A DNA stretch of 64,000 nt. Source: Macrostomum lignano. Its lineage: Eukaryota. The number at the start of each line of letters is the position of its first letter. The stretch's first letter is position 1. A program made the position numbers and the translations under genes. Shown here piece by piece: positions 48,401 through 61,400 of the stretch. Location of the stretch: positions 1 through 64,000 of the forward strand of contig NIVC01000006.1 in NCBI GenBank assembly GCA_002269645.1, given 5' to 3'. The notes below the pieces were generated by a model, which saw only the letters and a program-made list of their open reading frames with translations, searched no databases and was not told the DNA's origin.

Positions 48401-51400
48401 CGACTCTGAGACCGGTTTGTCCTCACAAAATCATTTTTATCATGAAATTTTGTTTTTAGTACTCAAGTTATTATCTTTTAATTAACCCGTTGATATAAAG
48501 GTAAGTAGAGATTTTTTAATTTACAGAATCTTTTGAAAGATTTGCTGCCAATTGATTTTCTTATATATTAGCATTGAGTTGAGTAATCTATCAGTTGTTG
48601 TGTACTTATTTCTACTAACAGATATGCATGTTTGCTTAATATTGTCTTTTGTGTGTTACCTTACTCCAAAACTCACCTGTTTGTTGTGATTAACATTGTC
48701 TTCGATAAAATTTGAAAAACTATCCACTAACAGACAGCTCAGTGCGGCAGCAGCCGCAGAAGCAGCAGCAGCCGCAGGAGCAGCAGAAGGCGAAGTCGCT
48801 TCAGCGGCACGAGTCTGACCGCCTCGCCGAGGCTCAGAGGCAGCTAGGTTAGTAGCGCTTAGACTGGCTTGGGCTAGGGCTAACACCGCAGTACTTTAGC
48901 TGTTGGAAGCTGGTGTAGATATTTATGTTCAGCATCCTGGAATCATTAATTAGTTAGTTAATTAATTAGTTAATTTCTAATTAACCAACCAACCCGCGTT
49001 GGCGTGAATTCTTCCTAATTTTCAACAGCCACTGGCCCAGCTAAGAGCGCCACAGTTGACAGGGCCCAGTCTCAGCGTCTGGCAGGAGGTATTTTAATCA
49101 GATTTATTATCCAAATTAACGATTGGCACTTAATTGCAATTGACTACTATCAAATATTTGTAGCGCACTTAACAACATAATCTATTAGCTAAGCAAAAGA
49201 TTTATATTAAGATTATGCAAGTACGAGTATTAATTATTTACTTTAATCTGATGGGTTGTGTTTATTTCGAAACCTGGAGAGCAAGAACTTATTCAGATTT
49301 TAGCGCTGCTCTGCACAAGTTGTCGCTTCCCTTCCTTTGGTGTCGTGTTGTTTACTAATTGTTAACTTTTTTAATCCGTACGATTACCAAATTTGTGTGT
49401 TAGATTAATTCCTGCTACCGGGCGTTTGATTGTCGCCTAGCTTAATTGGTTTGCGTTTAACATTGAGATGCCCATTTGCTACAGAGCAGTGTACATCGAA
49501 TTCAGGAGGTCGCTACTACCTATTAAGGCATCTGTGTTTACAAGCACCAACCTCATGGAACCTTAGATCTTCCCAGTGACGTTTCCTAGAAATGAGATCT
49601 CTCATTAGATCTCCCAGTGACGTTTCCTTGTCAAGCCCTATACACCCCTTTCTATCCCTACCCCACTCCCCCACCTCGCACCCTTTCAATTCCTACCCCA
49701 CTGTCCCCCACCTCACACCCTTCCAATTCCTACCCCACTGTCCCCCACCTCACACCTTTTCAATTCCTACCCCAACTGTCCCCACCTCACACCCTTCCAA
49801 TTCCTACCCCACTGTCCCCCACCTCACACCCTTTCCATTCCTATCCCACTGTCCCCCACCTCACACCCTTTCCATTCCTATCCCACTGTCCCCCACCTCA
49901 CCCTTTCCATTCCTATCCCACTGTCCCCCACCTCACACCCTTTCCATTCCTATCCCACTGTCCCCCACCTCACACCCTTTCCATTCCTACCCCACTTGGG
50001 CCCCACCTCACGCCATCTAGGATATCATAATAAAAATTCAATGCAGAAACTAACTCATCTTTCATGTTGTTTACGCATGTGTTTGCTATGCGCAATGCAC
50101 AATTTTCAGGCATTAGATTTTTTCGCAAAGCAAAGCATCCGGGTAAGTTAAAATGCAGCAATCATGCAAGGAAACATGTAAATCTACGTGAATATTCAGT
50201 GAATTTGTTATATAATATGATATACTACATTGCACATTTAATGTATTAAAGCTTTCCCACTTGAACCAGCTCAATTATTTCCCGCCTAACTATTTAGCCG
50301 TGACTTTGAAAGACTTGCTGCTATAAAAACTTGCAAGGACCAGTAAAAACTCTTAGTCTGAACGTTTTCTGGTTTTGTATCTTTATCGCTGCCTACTGCG
50401 ACTGTCAGAAATAGTTGGGGTATGTAGGTTTTTACTACACTGCAACACAGGCATTACATGGATCTGTGCCCATTTCCTTTTCTGTTATGCATTTAACGGG
50501 CTCTCTGGCCTGTCTGCAAAGTCAGTCAGTCCTACACGAATGTGCAGCAAGGGTTCCAAAGATCTTATTTTGACACTGCGCGTCTATATGCTTGTTTATC
50601 TCTGTATTTACAGACTGTTTGAGTTCTGTGTTTTATGAAACAATTTCATTCTGCGTGGAGGCAGCAGTCTGGACACGCATACTAATTTTCGTTCATTGCA
50701 CATGTGCGCCTGTTCTGTGCTGGTCTGCGCGCACAGGGCCGCAGGGCTGCAAGACCCGCTTTGCCCGTCTAAGAAGTGTGCGCGTGTGCGACGCTGGTGT
50801 TTGCTGATCTTCAATCTCGAAGCCTTGGAAAGCCAACTTAAGAACTGTAGCTATTTGCAATGTGCTGTATTGTTACTTGCTTTGTGCAACTTCGCAGTTT
50901 TGCGGCGAAGTCCGTCCGTCCATTTCTTGCTGGAGTATCCCTCCCCTCCCCAGTTCCAGTGCACCAATTTTGAGGCTAATTTTTTTAATTCAGGCCTTCG
51001 TATTTATCGGCTTGTGAGATGCAAGAATTGATTTGAAATCTAGTCAGTTTAATCTCCTAGTCTTCTTGAGCTTTTCTTGGACATCATTTCTTACACTATA
51101 GCGGGTTTCATTTCTTAGAAATCGGTTGTCTCGTATCTTCTCAGCGACCTTTTCTACAAATGAGCTCTCCCATTAGATCTTCTCAGCGACCTTTCCTACA
51201 AATGAGATCTCCCATTAGATCTTCTCAGTGTCCTTTCCTACAAATGAGATCTCCCATTAGATCTTCTCAGTGTCCTTTCCTACAAATGAGATCTCCCATT
51301 AGATCTTCTCAGTGTCCTTTCCTACAAATGAGATCTCCCATTAGATCTTCTCAGTGTCCTTTCCTACAAATGAGATCTCCCATTAGATCTTCTCAGTGTC

Positions 51401-54312
51401 CTTTCCTACAAATGAGATCCCCCATTAGATCTTCTCAGTGTCCTTTCCTACAAATGAGATCCCCATTAGATCTTCTCAGTGTCCTTTCCTACAAATGAGA
51501 TCTCCCATTAGATCTTCTCAGTGTCCTTTCCTACAAATGAATCTCCCATTAGATCTTCTCAGTGTCCTTTCCTACAAATGAGATCTCCCATTAGATCTTC
51601 TCAGTGTCCTTTCCTACAAATGAGATCTCCCATTAGATCTTCTCAGTGTCCTTTCCTACAAATGAGATCTCCCATTAGATCTTCTCAGTGTCCTTTCCTA
51701 CAAATGAGATCCCCATTAGATCTTCTCAGTGTCCTTTCCTACAAATGAGATCTCCCATTAGATCTCTCAGTGACGTTTCCTAGAGATCAGATCTCTCATT
51801 AGATCTCCCAATGACGTTTCCTAGAAATGAGATCTCTCATTAGATATCCGAGTGACGTTTCCTATATCTAATCTCATGGTGTATCTTCGCTGCTTTCTTT
51901 TCTTAGAAATCACGTTTCATGACTTGCTCTAGTAGTATAGTTTCGAGCTGATTGCTCACCTTCTTTTCTCAGCAGTAGGATCTTAAATTATATTTTTTGG
52001 TCTTATTTAGTTCCTTACAGGCGTTAGCAAAACTACATCAGCTGTAGATACTAAAGGCTAGAGATTGTTTTTATACGAAACTTCAGACTGTCTAGGCAGT
52101 GCGCTCGAGCGTAGATATCTGAATGCACAGCTAGAGTTTATCTAATTCTAGGCCTTAGCTGAAGGATTTTACAAGCTATAGAACAGATTACAAGAAAAGA
52201 GTTATGAGCTGAACTTGGGCACTAGCTAGTGCAAATTGCTCATGCTCACATGCAGCAATTGCCTGTCAGTCAGCCAGCTCATTTCTCCTTTCCCCCGCCC
52301 TGCCCCCATAAGTACACGGCCTCTAATAGCTTTTCTTCCCCCTCCTTGTGCCTATGAATCCCGACTAGCCTTAGTCAGCTGTCTACGCCTCGCGCATGAG
52401 TCACACCCGATCCGATGCCTCATATTACCCGAGCTCATATTTTATTTGATTTTTTCAAAAAAATTTTCTTCGCATCTCTAAGTCACTCGAGAACGATAGG
52501 AAGGAGGCTTAGCCCTCGCCTAAGCCCTCATGTCTACTTGATCTCCAGACTCCAGTCTTGGCTCTTTAGTTAATTGCCGATCCGATCCAATGTCTGATGA
52601 AATTATGCAAATCTCAAGAATAATTACGGATTGCTTTAGGCATATTTCTTGGGATTTTAAGTTTGAAACTCTGCTTATTGGAGTGGCTTAATATCTCAAA
52701 CAAATTATGTCAATGTTTTCTGATTTTCCTAAGTTTAAATCAAATACTAGAAACAAGAGACGGCAGTTCAATTATCAAGAGTTCGATCGCGAAGGAACTA
52801 TTAAAAATTATTTTAACTAGAAAACCACAATATAAATTACTTTCCCAGTCCACTGTCTCAATCTCGAGTCAGTCCACTGTCTCAGTCTCAAGTCAGTCCA
52901 CTGTCTCATTCTCAAGTCAGTCCACTGTCTCAGTCTCAAGTCAGTCCACTGTCTCATTCTCAAGTCCGTCCACTGTCTCATTCTCAAGTCCGTCCACTGT
53001 CTCAGTCTCAAGTCAGTCCACTGTCTCAATCTCGAGTCAGTCCACTGTCTCAATCTCAAGTCAGTCCACTGTCTCAATCTCAAGTCAGTCCACTGTCTCA
53101 ATCTCGAGTCAGTCCACTGTCTCAATCTCGAGTCAGTCCACTGTCTCATCACAAGTCAGTCCACTGTCTCAATCTCAAGTCAGTCCACTGTCTCAATCTC
53201 GAGTCAGTCCACTGTCTCAATCTCGAGTCAGTCCACTGTCTCATTCTCAAGTCAGTCCACTGTCTCAGTCACAAGTCAGTCCACTGTCTCAATCTCAAGT
53301 CAGTCTCATTGTCAGTCACTGTCTCAATCTCGAGTCAGTCACTGTCTCAATCAAGTCAGTCTATTGTCTCAGTCACAAGTCAGTCAACTGTCTCAGTCAC
53401 AAGTCAGTCTATTGTCTCATTCTCAATTCAGTCCACTGTCTCAATCACGAGTCAGTCCACTGTCTCAGTCACAAGTCAGTCTATTGTCTTATTCTCAATT
53501 CAGTCCACCGTCTCAACCTAGCTTAAGTTAGTTAGCAAAAGTATCTAAATATATTGACTTTGCTCACGTGCTGTGCTTCAATCAGCCTGATCTGCGTCTC
53601 TGTTGTCTTCTTTGATTTGGTCCTTGCAAGTTGAACTTTTAAAACGACATTGGACATGAAAACTCTACTTACCCAGACAAACTTTTACTGAAATATTGCT
53701 TCTGCTTGCGTCCCTCCTGATTGTCAAAAATTTGTTTTTTTTTCAATTTCCAACGCTTTCGCAACGCGTTCAATTTGACCTTGACTTTAATTTCGATACA
53801 TTTACTTATGAATCAATATAAGCATTCTAAGGGTCTCCGTTCGCGTATTTACGAGTACAAAGAAGATTCTATTTGCTTACTTCAAAAACCATAATACCGA
53901 GAGTATTTATCAATTTGTTGAGTCGGATATTGCTATTTATTGTAGCAAATATTTTTCCTGTCCCTATCTGGGGATGTCCACCATCCCTATCCGAGGATGT
54001 CCAGTGTCCTTATCCGAAAATTTCATCTTTCTCAATTCAAAGATGTCTAGTGTCCAAAAACAGTGGTGTCCACTGCCCCTATCCAAGGATGTCCACCGCC
54101 CATATCCCATGACAGAGCGACCGGCGGCGTCCTCGCGCGGAGCAGCCGCAGGCGGTGACACCAGCGGCACGGAGGAGGGCGGCGGCGCCGGCCCGTCGAC
54201 CTCGGGCGCCGCAGCCGGGTCCTCAGCCGAGAAGAAGAAGAAGAAGGGCTTCCGCATACCCAGCTTCTCCAGCAAGGACAAGGACAAGGACAAGAAGAAG
54301 AAAAAGAAGTAG
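45435..54312 (+). CDS. hts: Adducin / hu-li tai shao; core exons 45435-45923, 46684-47715, 47952-48414, last exon 54116-54312, with cassette exons between
   Basis: RKRVSLILNSEAFKQELEEII, GERLLRCKLAAVYRLLD, class II aldolase-like head (FLVAPHGLRHSEVTASSL, ILIVRNRGA), WRRGELEFEA..R.LD..GYRTGYAY and a MARCKS-like end KKKKKGFRIPSF. Phase-compatible GT-AG junctions. Confidence 0.93.
46010..46610. repeat. 21-22-bp minisatellite in adducin intron 1
   Basis: CGCCCCTCAGCCATAAAGAAT units. Confidence 0.9.
48734..48847 (+). CDS. hts: Adducin tail cassette exon, 114 nt, phase 1/1 (DSSVRQQPQKQQQPQEQQKAKSLQRHESDRLAEAQRQL)
   Basis: CTAACAG acceptor, GTTAGT donor, open frame, GC-rich like the other exons. 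Confidence 0.8.
   Translation, partial: TAQCGSSRRSSSSRRSSRRRSRFSGTSLTASPRLRGS
49029..49088 (+). CDS. hts: Adducin tail cassette exon, 60 nt, phase 1/1 (ATGPAKSATVDRAQSQRLAG)
   Basis: TTTTCAACAG acceptor, GAG|GTATTT donor, open symmetric frame. Confidence 0.7.
49640..50015. repeat. C-rich 38-39-bp minisatellite in an adducin intron
   Basis: CCTTTCCATTCCTATCCCACTGTCCCCCACCTCACAC units. Confidence 0.9.
50737..50796 (+). CDS. hts: Candidate adducin tail cassette exon, 60 nt, phase 1/1 (GPQGCKTRFARLRSVRVCDA)
   Basis: CACAG acceptor, CTG|GTGTTT donor; same length, phase and RxxSxR motif as the 49029 exon. Confidence 0.5.
51140..51870. repeat. 42-bp minisatellite in an adducin intron; related short copy at 49560-49630
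   Basis: AGATCTCCCATTAGATCTTCTCAGTGTCCTTTCCTACAAATG tandem copies. Confidence 0.95.
52840..53520. repeat. 24-bp minisatellite in an adducin intron
   Basis: AGTCAGTCCACTGTCTCAATCTCA tandem copies. Confidence 0.95.
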
Positions 54313-57300
54313 AGTCCGGCCTGTTCTGTTGGAAAATAAATATTTTAAGGAGCTTTGCTTTTTTAACACTCGCCTAAACTACAAGCAAATACATTGCTTG
54401 TGAAAGTGCAAAAGATTCGAGTTCGCAAACTGATTTGGACCCCGAGCTTGTCAATAGCTCTCATTTACCTATCGTTAATTATTATTTACCTGCAATCTGT
54501 TATAATATAATTATAATTATTCAACTTTAATCTACTGTCCCACCGCTAAAATTTGCTTCTTGCTAGCTCGTGAATACTGTTTTCTACCAACTGGATCCTG
54601 TCAACCTCTTCCGCTTCCCATCTGTTTAACTATTGTTTTTGCATTATAGCTTTTTCTATTAGTTAATAGTTTCAATTTAGTCCAATAGCCGTTAAATGGC
54701 ATATATTATCGATGCTAATTACTACTTTGCACTTTAGTAATTTTGCCTTAATTTCGTATTCAGATCAGATAATTATATAAATTCTGGCGAGAAGCTTCTC
54801 ATAGTAAAATTCCCTCGCGTTTATTGCAGTTTTCGCGATTCAGGATCGTTATAAGTTTAGGATTTGCGTATCTGTCTAGGGATTTTTGTTCTATTCAAGC
54901 GAGCTTGGACCACCACATACATTAAGGTTGGCCATTGTTGGCTTGGCTTCCCACCCACCCACGACCTGGTGGGTCCCTGGTGTCGAAAATTTATTTATAA
55001 GCCGCTTTAGTTCATTGTTAGTATTGCTTGGATTGCTAAGACTCTGTCTCCCCAGGCCAGGGAATATAATAATATAAATATGAAACTTAAAACTGCTTTT
55101 GCGTTTGGGAATTGGCAAGCCGTGACACAGCCCTTGGTTGGCCCTCCCTGTCGATCGACCCTCCAGTCAAACCATTGCCTGTTGTGCGGTGTATATATGT
55201 ATTGGCCTGGATCCCGTTCGCCGTTGCAGCACTGCATTAACAGATACTAGCGCTGCATGTCAGTGTCCTGAAGCCTGGGGTAGGGGAAGGAATCGCGAAG
55301 GGGAATAGGATAGAAAGACCGACGCTGCCACGTCCCGGCAACCAAAAAAGGCCACCAACCCCTTGATTTCCATTCCCGCTGCTTTTAAAAAGTTGTAGCT
55401 AGGCTGTAGCGGAGGCAGAGAGAAATATGGAATAATAATATATCTAGAGAAAAAAGATCTAATCAGAACTGTAGACCGCGGAAGAAAAAAGTACAGATCC
55501 GATCGTGCAGTTCTCGTGTTTTGGCGGGGAGCCACGTCACCCTTCTCTGTTATAAATGCGCAGTGTGCGCTTTCACGGCCTTCCTCTCCGCTTTCTTCCA
55601 CACTCAAATTCTCTCTCCGTTTTCCAGCCCAGCCCCGTCATGGGGAGTTGACGTAGTTGTGTACATTCTAGCTTTTTATCAGGCTGTACGTTGCCCTTCG
55701 TACCCCGCCCTCTGATTTGGGGTGGGTGACCACGCGCTCGTGTCGGATAGCCTTTATAATGTTATTGATTTTTGGGGGAGAGAGTGGGCAGTCGCCCAGC
55801 AGACCCAGAGTCCAGACCTTCCCTTACCCACAAGCCTTGTCAACTATTTTTTGGTGCAAACTTCCTATTAACTTACTCCAGTCCCAACTACCTACTGGAC
55901 AGTAGCAAGTATTGAAAGCTTTAGCTGAAAGTTTTCCAGACTGCTATAACGTCTTAACCACTGCCTTTCTGTGTGAAATATAATTAGAATTTGAGCGGCC
56001 TAATTACTAGTGTTAGCGTTTGTTTCATCATTCGTACTAAAAAGCCATCCAACAATCCAAGTTGTGTTCGATCTTTGCACTAACTAACTCGAAATCACGC
56101 GCCTGTCATTTTCGTTTCTAACGAGGGTTATATAGTACTGCTTCAGCGCCGATAAGCACGTCAGAATTTCCGTTTATAAAGGCCTAATTTTATAATGCCT
56201 TTATATGCTATCAAAATACGGTTAAGTGTGACTCGAGCACTGAGGCAGATCTCCTAAAAATGTTTTATTTATTTTAAGTGTTCGAAAAGATGCTAAACAA
56301 GCATCCAGGATTGCTTAAGTATTTTCGAATGTGTTTTTAGGTTAAAAGAAGCAAACAAACAACTATAGACATTTTTTCTGGCTCTGATTCTGTTTCGACT
56401 TTAAAAAACACCGGAGTATTAAGTTTTTTGCTTATTATGTATGCTTCGCTTTTCCGTTCATAAATTATTATTAGTATGTTTTAGTAATTTTTCTATTTAT
56501 AATTCCACTGCTTTCTGTTGGATAATTGGTTATTAAATTATTTAGTAACAACAGCACTGAGTAATATAATCTTTGCTTTGGCTAAGCCTACTCCTACTCA
56601 GATCCTTTCGCTTCCTGTTTTTATTCACCAACCAAGAAGACCAAAATGTGAAAGCAGGTCTCCTGCATAGTTTATATTATAATGCAGTTTTATATTCACC
56701 TGCTATTTGCTTAGTTCAGCGCTGCTTTAGGCTTTATAAATTTATGTTTAGCTCATGTGCGTTTTGCTCATCAATGTCATTGTTGTTATTTCCAATCGTG
56801 TACTTTAATTATGTGTTCAATTAAATCAGTATCAAGTTTTTAAAAGTCTGAAATTGAAACCAAAAAATAACTCCTGTTTAGCTCTAAATCTGTTATTAAC
56901 AATTAGCAACACTTGGATGATTGCAGCAGCTGCCAGTTATATTTGTTTAATTTGGCAAGTTGTCCTCTATGTTTTGCTTATTCTCTGAGTTTGAAATTAT
57001 AAGCATCTGCTCTAACCTTTGCATACTTTTCACCGGTTAATAATTAGTGCAGCAGTAACCTTTGATGTCTGCGAGCCTTGTTAACTTATTAATCTACTTG
57101 ATGAATTATGTTTAGTTTTGCTTATCTTTCTTCTTGAAGACTGGTTATAAATCAATAGATCACTCCCGTGCTTGTTTTTTTCACTAATAAGCAAATCCTA
57201 TTGCCTCGAGTTAACTGTTTTGTCTGCTTGCGCGCCTTCAAATCTTTTTTATTGTTTTTTTTTATTGTTTCTTCTGCGCAACCTTGCCGCAGACGTTAAT

Positions 57301-57980
57301 CGGACAGTTGGTTTGAGTTCCTTCTAATATTGCCCCCCCCCCTTATATGTACTCGTATTGATCCCAACGCTTAGGACGCATATATACTACACGCAGTTCA
57401 TGTTAACCCCAACTTTTTGTATGCTAACATGCTTAGTCCCCGACTCCATACAGCTTACTGCTCCCTGCAAATACTGAAATCTATTTCTTACATATTATTA
57501 TTATTAATATTATTATAAAATTAAGAAACATTTGGCGCAAATTTTGTTTTGAAGTAGGCGAGACAACTTCAGAAATTGTGTTGACTTTGGTCTTGATTAT
57601 TTTATTCATTTTTGCTTTTCGAATACTACTCGTGTTGTTCAGTAGTCTAAGTCGGTTGCTCGCAGTAATTTATTTGTAGTATGCTTTAAATCAGCTTCAA
57701 TGGGGAAATCCTTTTTCTCTCTTGTCCGTCGTTTCTCTGTTTGAAGTTTCCACAGCAAATAAGCACTGTACGATAAAGTACGAGCGCTAGTGTATACTCG
57801 CTTATACTGTACCGGTATGTATGAGCGAATTGCTATTCCCCTTTTCTTCACCGCAACGGGCGTGGCCTTCCCATTCTAAGGGCGGGGTTTTGTCGGGATC
57901 TGGGAGGGAGAAAAGAATCAATAACTTTCTTCCCCTCCTACTGCGTACATTTTCCTCAAGCATCTTTCTCTCCTCTGCAG

Positions 57981-58469
57981 TCTGCAAGAAGCTCCCGACC
58001 ACTGAAAACTTATCGATCTGGGTGAGTATGGAGAAGGAAATGCCTGCATCGACTAGGGAGGTAGGGATCTTGCTTTGGACTTGGGGCTGGGACTTGAGAG
58101 GTTGGGAATTAGGATGAATGGAGCGCCTCCTCTTCTGCTGCTGCAGAAGCAACTACCTGCCGCTCCCTGGGTCTCGGCCAGCAAAAGCATCTTTATGCTG
58201 CTGCTACTCTCCTTTTCTTCCGTAATGTTTTGCTTTTTTTAGCTTGCTTTCTGTTAATCTGTTTAGAAGCAACCGACGCGCAACCATACAAGAATTTTTC
58301 TCTTTGTTTCCTTGCAACGACTTTGAAGAAGCCATTTCTGCGTGATGTCTTTCTTTTTCAGCGGTGCCAATGTGAACGAGATATACAAGGCGGTTGTTTC
58401 AATTCGTCCTAGATGGATTCTGCCTATCCGCAGCCAGTCTCGGAACTGTCAAGCTCAGAAAGCCAAACG
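57981..58469 (+). other. Two spliced exons (57981-58021 and 58362-58469), probably the 5' end of the next plus-strand gene; possible start MDSAYPQPVSELSSSESQT
   Basis: Strong polypyrimidine+CAG acceptors (CTTTCTCTCCTCTGCAG; TTCTTTTTCAG) and consensus donors (G|GTGAGT; G|GTAAGA). No recognisable homology. Confidence 0.4.
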
Positions 58470-61400
58470 GTAAGATTTTGATTTTAAATTCATTTGTTTA
58501 TTTCATAAGTTGATTATGAATTTAGCCTACTGTCTTATCGAATTCGAATACCTTACCATCTTTCTGTGCGCAAGAAATATTGATGAACTTAACTTTATCA
58601 TCAGCTAGTTTATCAGCTGAATGGGTGACATCGCATGTGGCAATACTCCCCCCCCCCCAGCTGCATCCCGACGCCAGAGGCCATGCAGCTAAGTGAAGTA
58701 AATCAGTTTATCACCTTATCCGGATATTTTGCAGAAAATTCAATTGGCACTCGTAATACTTATGGTTATTTACGTAACGTGGATTAGTCAGTTACTTTGA
58801 TTTTTATCTTTAATTTTGGCAATTGCAATGCTACATTTGCATCGATTGTTTGAATTTGCATACGCTATGCGCTAATTGCTAATACCTTTCCGTTATCTAT
58901 GGACACAGTATGGTATGTATGGTGACGTGGGTTGATATTCCTGTCACGGCTGTCATTCATATTACATTGTGTAGTCCCTCCACTTGTATTTAAATATGCG
59001 ATTTAAGTTATTCAACCCATTTATCATATAGAATGAGTGGTCGCCTCCATTCGCCTGTTTAGTTAAGTTTATAACTTCAGTTAAATATTAAAAGGCTTTA
59101 GTTTGGGCGTGGCGTGCGTGGCTGGCTGGCTAAGGGTTCGCAGAACGGCTGAATCACTCCAGTCTGTGCCCGCCGCCACCCGCGCTCCTAGACCCGTCAC
59201 CCCACCCACCCCCTCTGCCCGTTCAATTGGAGTCGCGTGCCCCGTTGTGCTGGCACTGGCGGCTTAGTTGTATTCGCGAGCCCCAACCCCCGTCCCCACC
59301 ACCCCACTGACTGGGCCTTCTGCTGCAAAATTGCTTTGGGCCGCTTGTATATGGCTATATGCGTGTGTTATGGACGCTTTCCTAATTTGCATGCGGTCTT
59401 GGACAATGGTTTCATAACTCATAAAAATTGTTTCCATTAATCATTACTCTCCCGTTGCGTACGTGTACATGACGTTAAGTAGTTTTCGTTACTTTTCTAA
59501 TCTTGCGTTGCTCTGTATGAATGTAGAGTGTCTGTGCAGATTAGCCTGTCAGTTTTCTTGTCGGTTATATTGTCCTTTATATCTATCTATATAGCTTTAA
59601 AAGAACATTTTTGGAAACTAAAAGTAGTTTTCAACGTTTAAGAATTAATCATTTTTCTAGGATTCAGTTCTTCGAAATTCGAGATTTGATTAATAGATAG
59701 TTCAGTGGGAAAACAACTGAGCTTGTCGTTAATTCCACTCCTAGACCCTAGCCCAATGAGTTTTCGATTCTATTGCAATAGTATACTCGGCAACACCACC
59801 CTTGGCAGAGCGATTGATTTCAGCTCACTTACACAGCAATGACGTGTGGTTTTTCCACTTTCGACTCAAAGTCTACTGCCACTGCCAGCCATTTTTTTTG
59901 ATTCATTCGATTTCGACCTAATAGGGATAATTGAGCCGTTCAGTCATTTTAAAGTTGCCTTAGTTTGCCACGTCACGCTGGCTGTATTTTTGGTTGATTT
60001 AGTCCCGACATCCAACCAACCTTCAACCCCGCCGTTTAGCTCACTGTACATGGCTGGGCGCTGATAGCGGAGCTGTTTGTGCGTTCAGTCACTTCAGTGT
60101 ACAAGTACAATGTACATCCACAACCCCGGGAAGCATTGACGGCCCAAACAAGTTTTGGCTATAAGGCAGAAAGAAGTCTTCACGCCTTTCTATCGGATGC
60201 ACATTGGATTATTTCTCTATCCCTCCCAAGCCCTAGAAGAATCTAGCGTTCATGCCACAACACAGGACACTCGCTCTCTCATGTATTCTCTGTCCTAGCC
60301 TGCCTCAACCTAGAGGATGGCGTAGATCTGTAGCTATGGCGACAGCATTGATTCCCCCCAAAGAGAACAGAGAGAGCGTGAGTGTGCGCCTCTTGGCCTT
60401 CACATTTTTGGAAACATTTTACTGCACGATCTCTTCTCAGTGAGTCAGTACAGTCCTTCTACAGGCAGCTGCCGGTCTGGCTAGAACTAGAAGCTAATCC
60501 CGCACACTGCTGCCGCCCACCCCATTTCTGTATTGCTTTCCTTTCCTAACCCGACCAAACCTAAACCTCAGTGCATTTGTATCGCCCAGTCCTTCTTGTC
60601 TCCTGAATGGCAAACAACCAACCTCATCCCCGTGCACCCGCCCGCACCGCGGCCTCGCCCTTTGCGTTATTTTAACTTGCGAAAAGATCAAAACTAACCC
60701 TCCCCCTCTCTCCCTTACCAATGCGCCTTTCTCTTCAATTTGCGGCTGACTATCTCTTTAGTCTGTATCTACACATCTAGACACCGTGCCCAACTGCCGC
60801 AGCTGTTTGCACCTCTCCCCTTTACTGTTCCAACCTCAATTCGCGCACACCTGGCCTTACCAAATTTGTTATATATAAGCAGAGCCTTAGTCCGAATCTA
60901 AGCCGCCGTCGTCGTTCCTCCTAACCTAAGTCTACCTTTTTATTTATTATATCACAATACGCCTATTATTTCCTGCAAAGCAGGTCGCTCGTTTAGATTT
61001 CCAGCTCAGCTTGCCAACCGGGACATCCGGGAATTTGATTCGAAGCAAGTATTTCCTTAATTTTTGTGAGTTAATTCAGTAGCTAGCTAGGTGACTAGAA
61101 TATTTTTATACGCATTAAGGTCTCTTTAGCAAGTCGACCCTCTTTGTACTGGAAAATCTTGCCTCCTCCATTTGCCCAACTTTAAATAAGCGTGCTACTT
61201 CTATATCAATTTTCCTCATGACTCGCTTCACTACCCGCCTCCCAGACCACAGTCGTCTCGTCTCCATAAAGAGGAAGCGAGAGGACTGTGGCTGTGGCGT
61301 CGGGAATTAGAGGAAAAGAGTCAGGGACCTCGTTTCCTTCCCCAGTCCCCCAGTCCCATTCCCATTCCATTAGAAGTTCCCATTGCATTTGCTAGGATTT

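Noticed and set aside
52021-52056. Possible 36-nt adducin exon (GVSKTTSAVDTK)
   Set aside because: The acceptor is good, but it needs a weak GC donor and otherwise reads into a stop; support is insufficient.
52594-52640. CTGATGA followed by a hairpin, suggesting a hammerhead ribozyme
   Set aside because: The stem is followed by ACGG, not the required GAAA, and there is no stem III.
61010-61048. Short candidate exon LANRDIREFDSKQ faintly resembling calponin/transgelin sequence
   Set aside because: Too short, weak donor and no linked exons with a recognisable domain.
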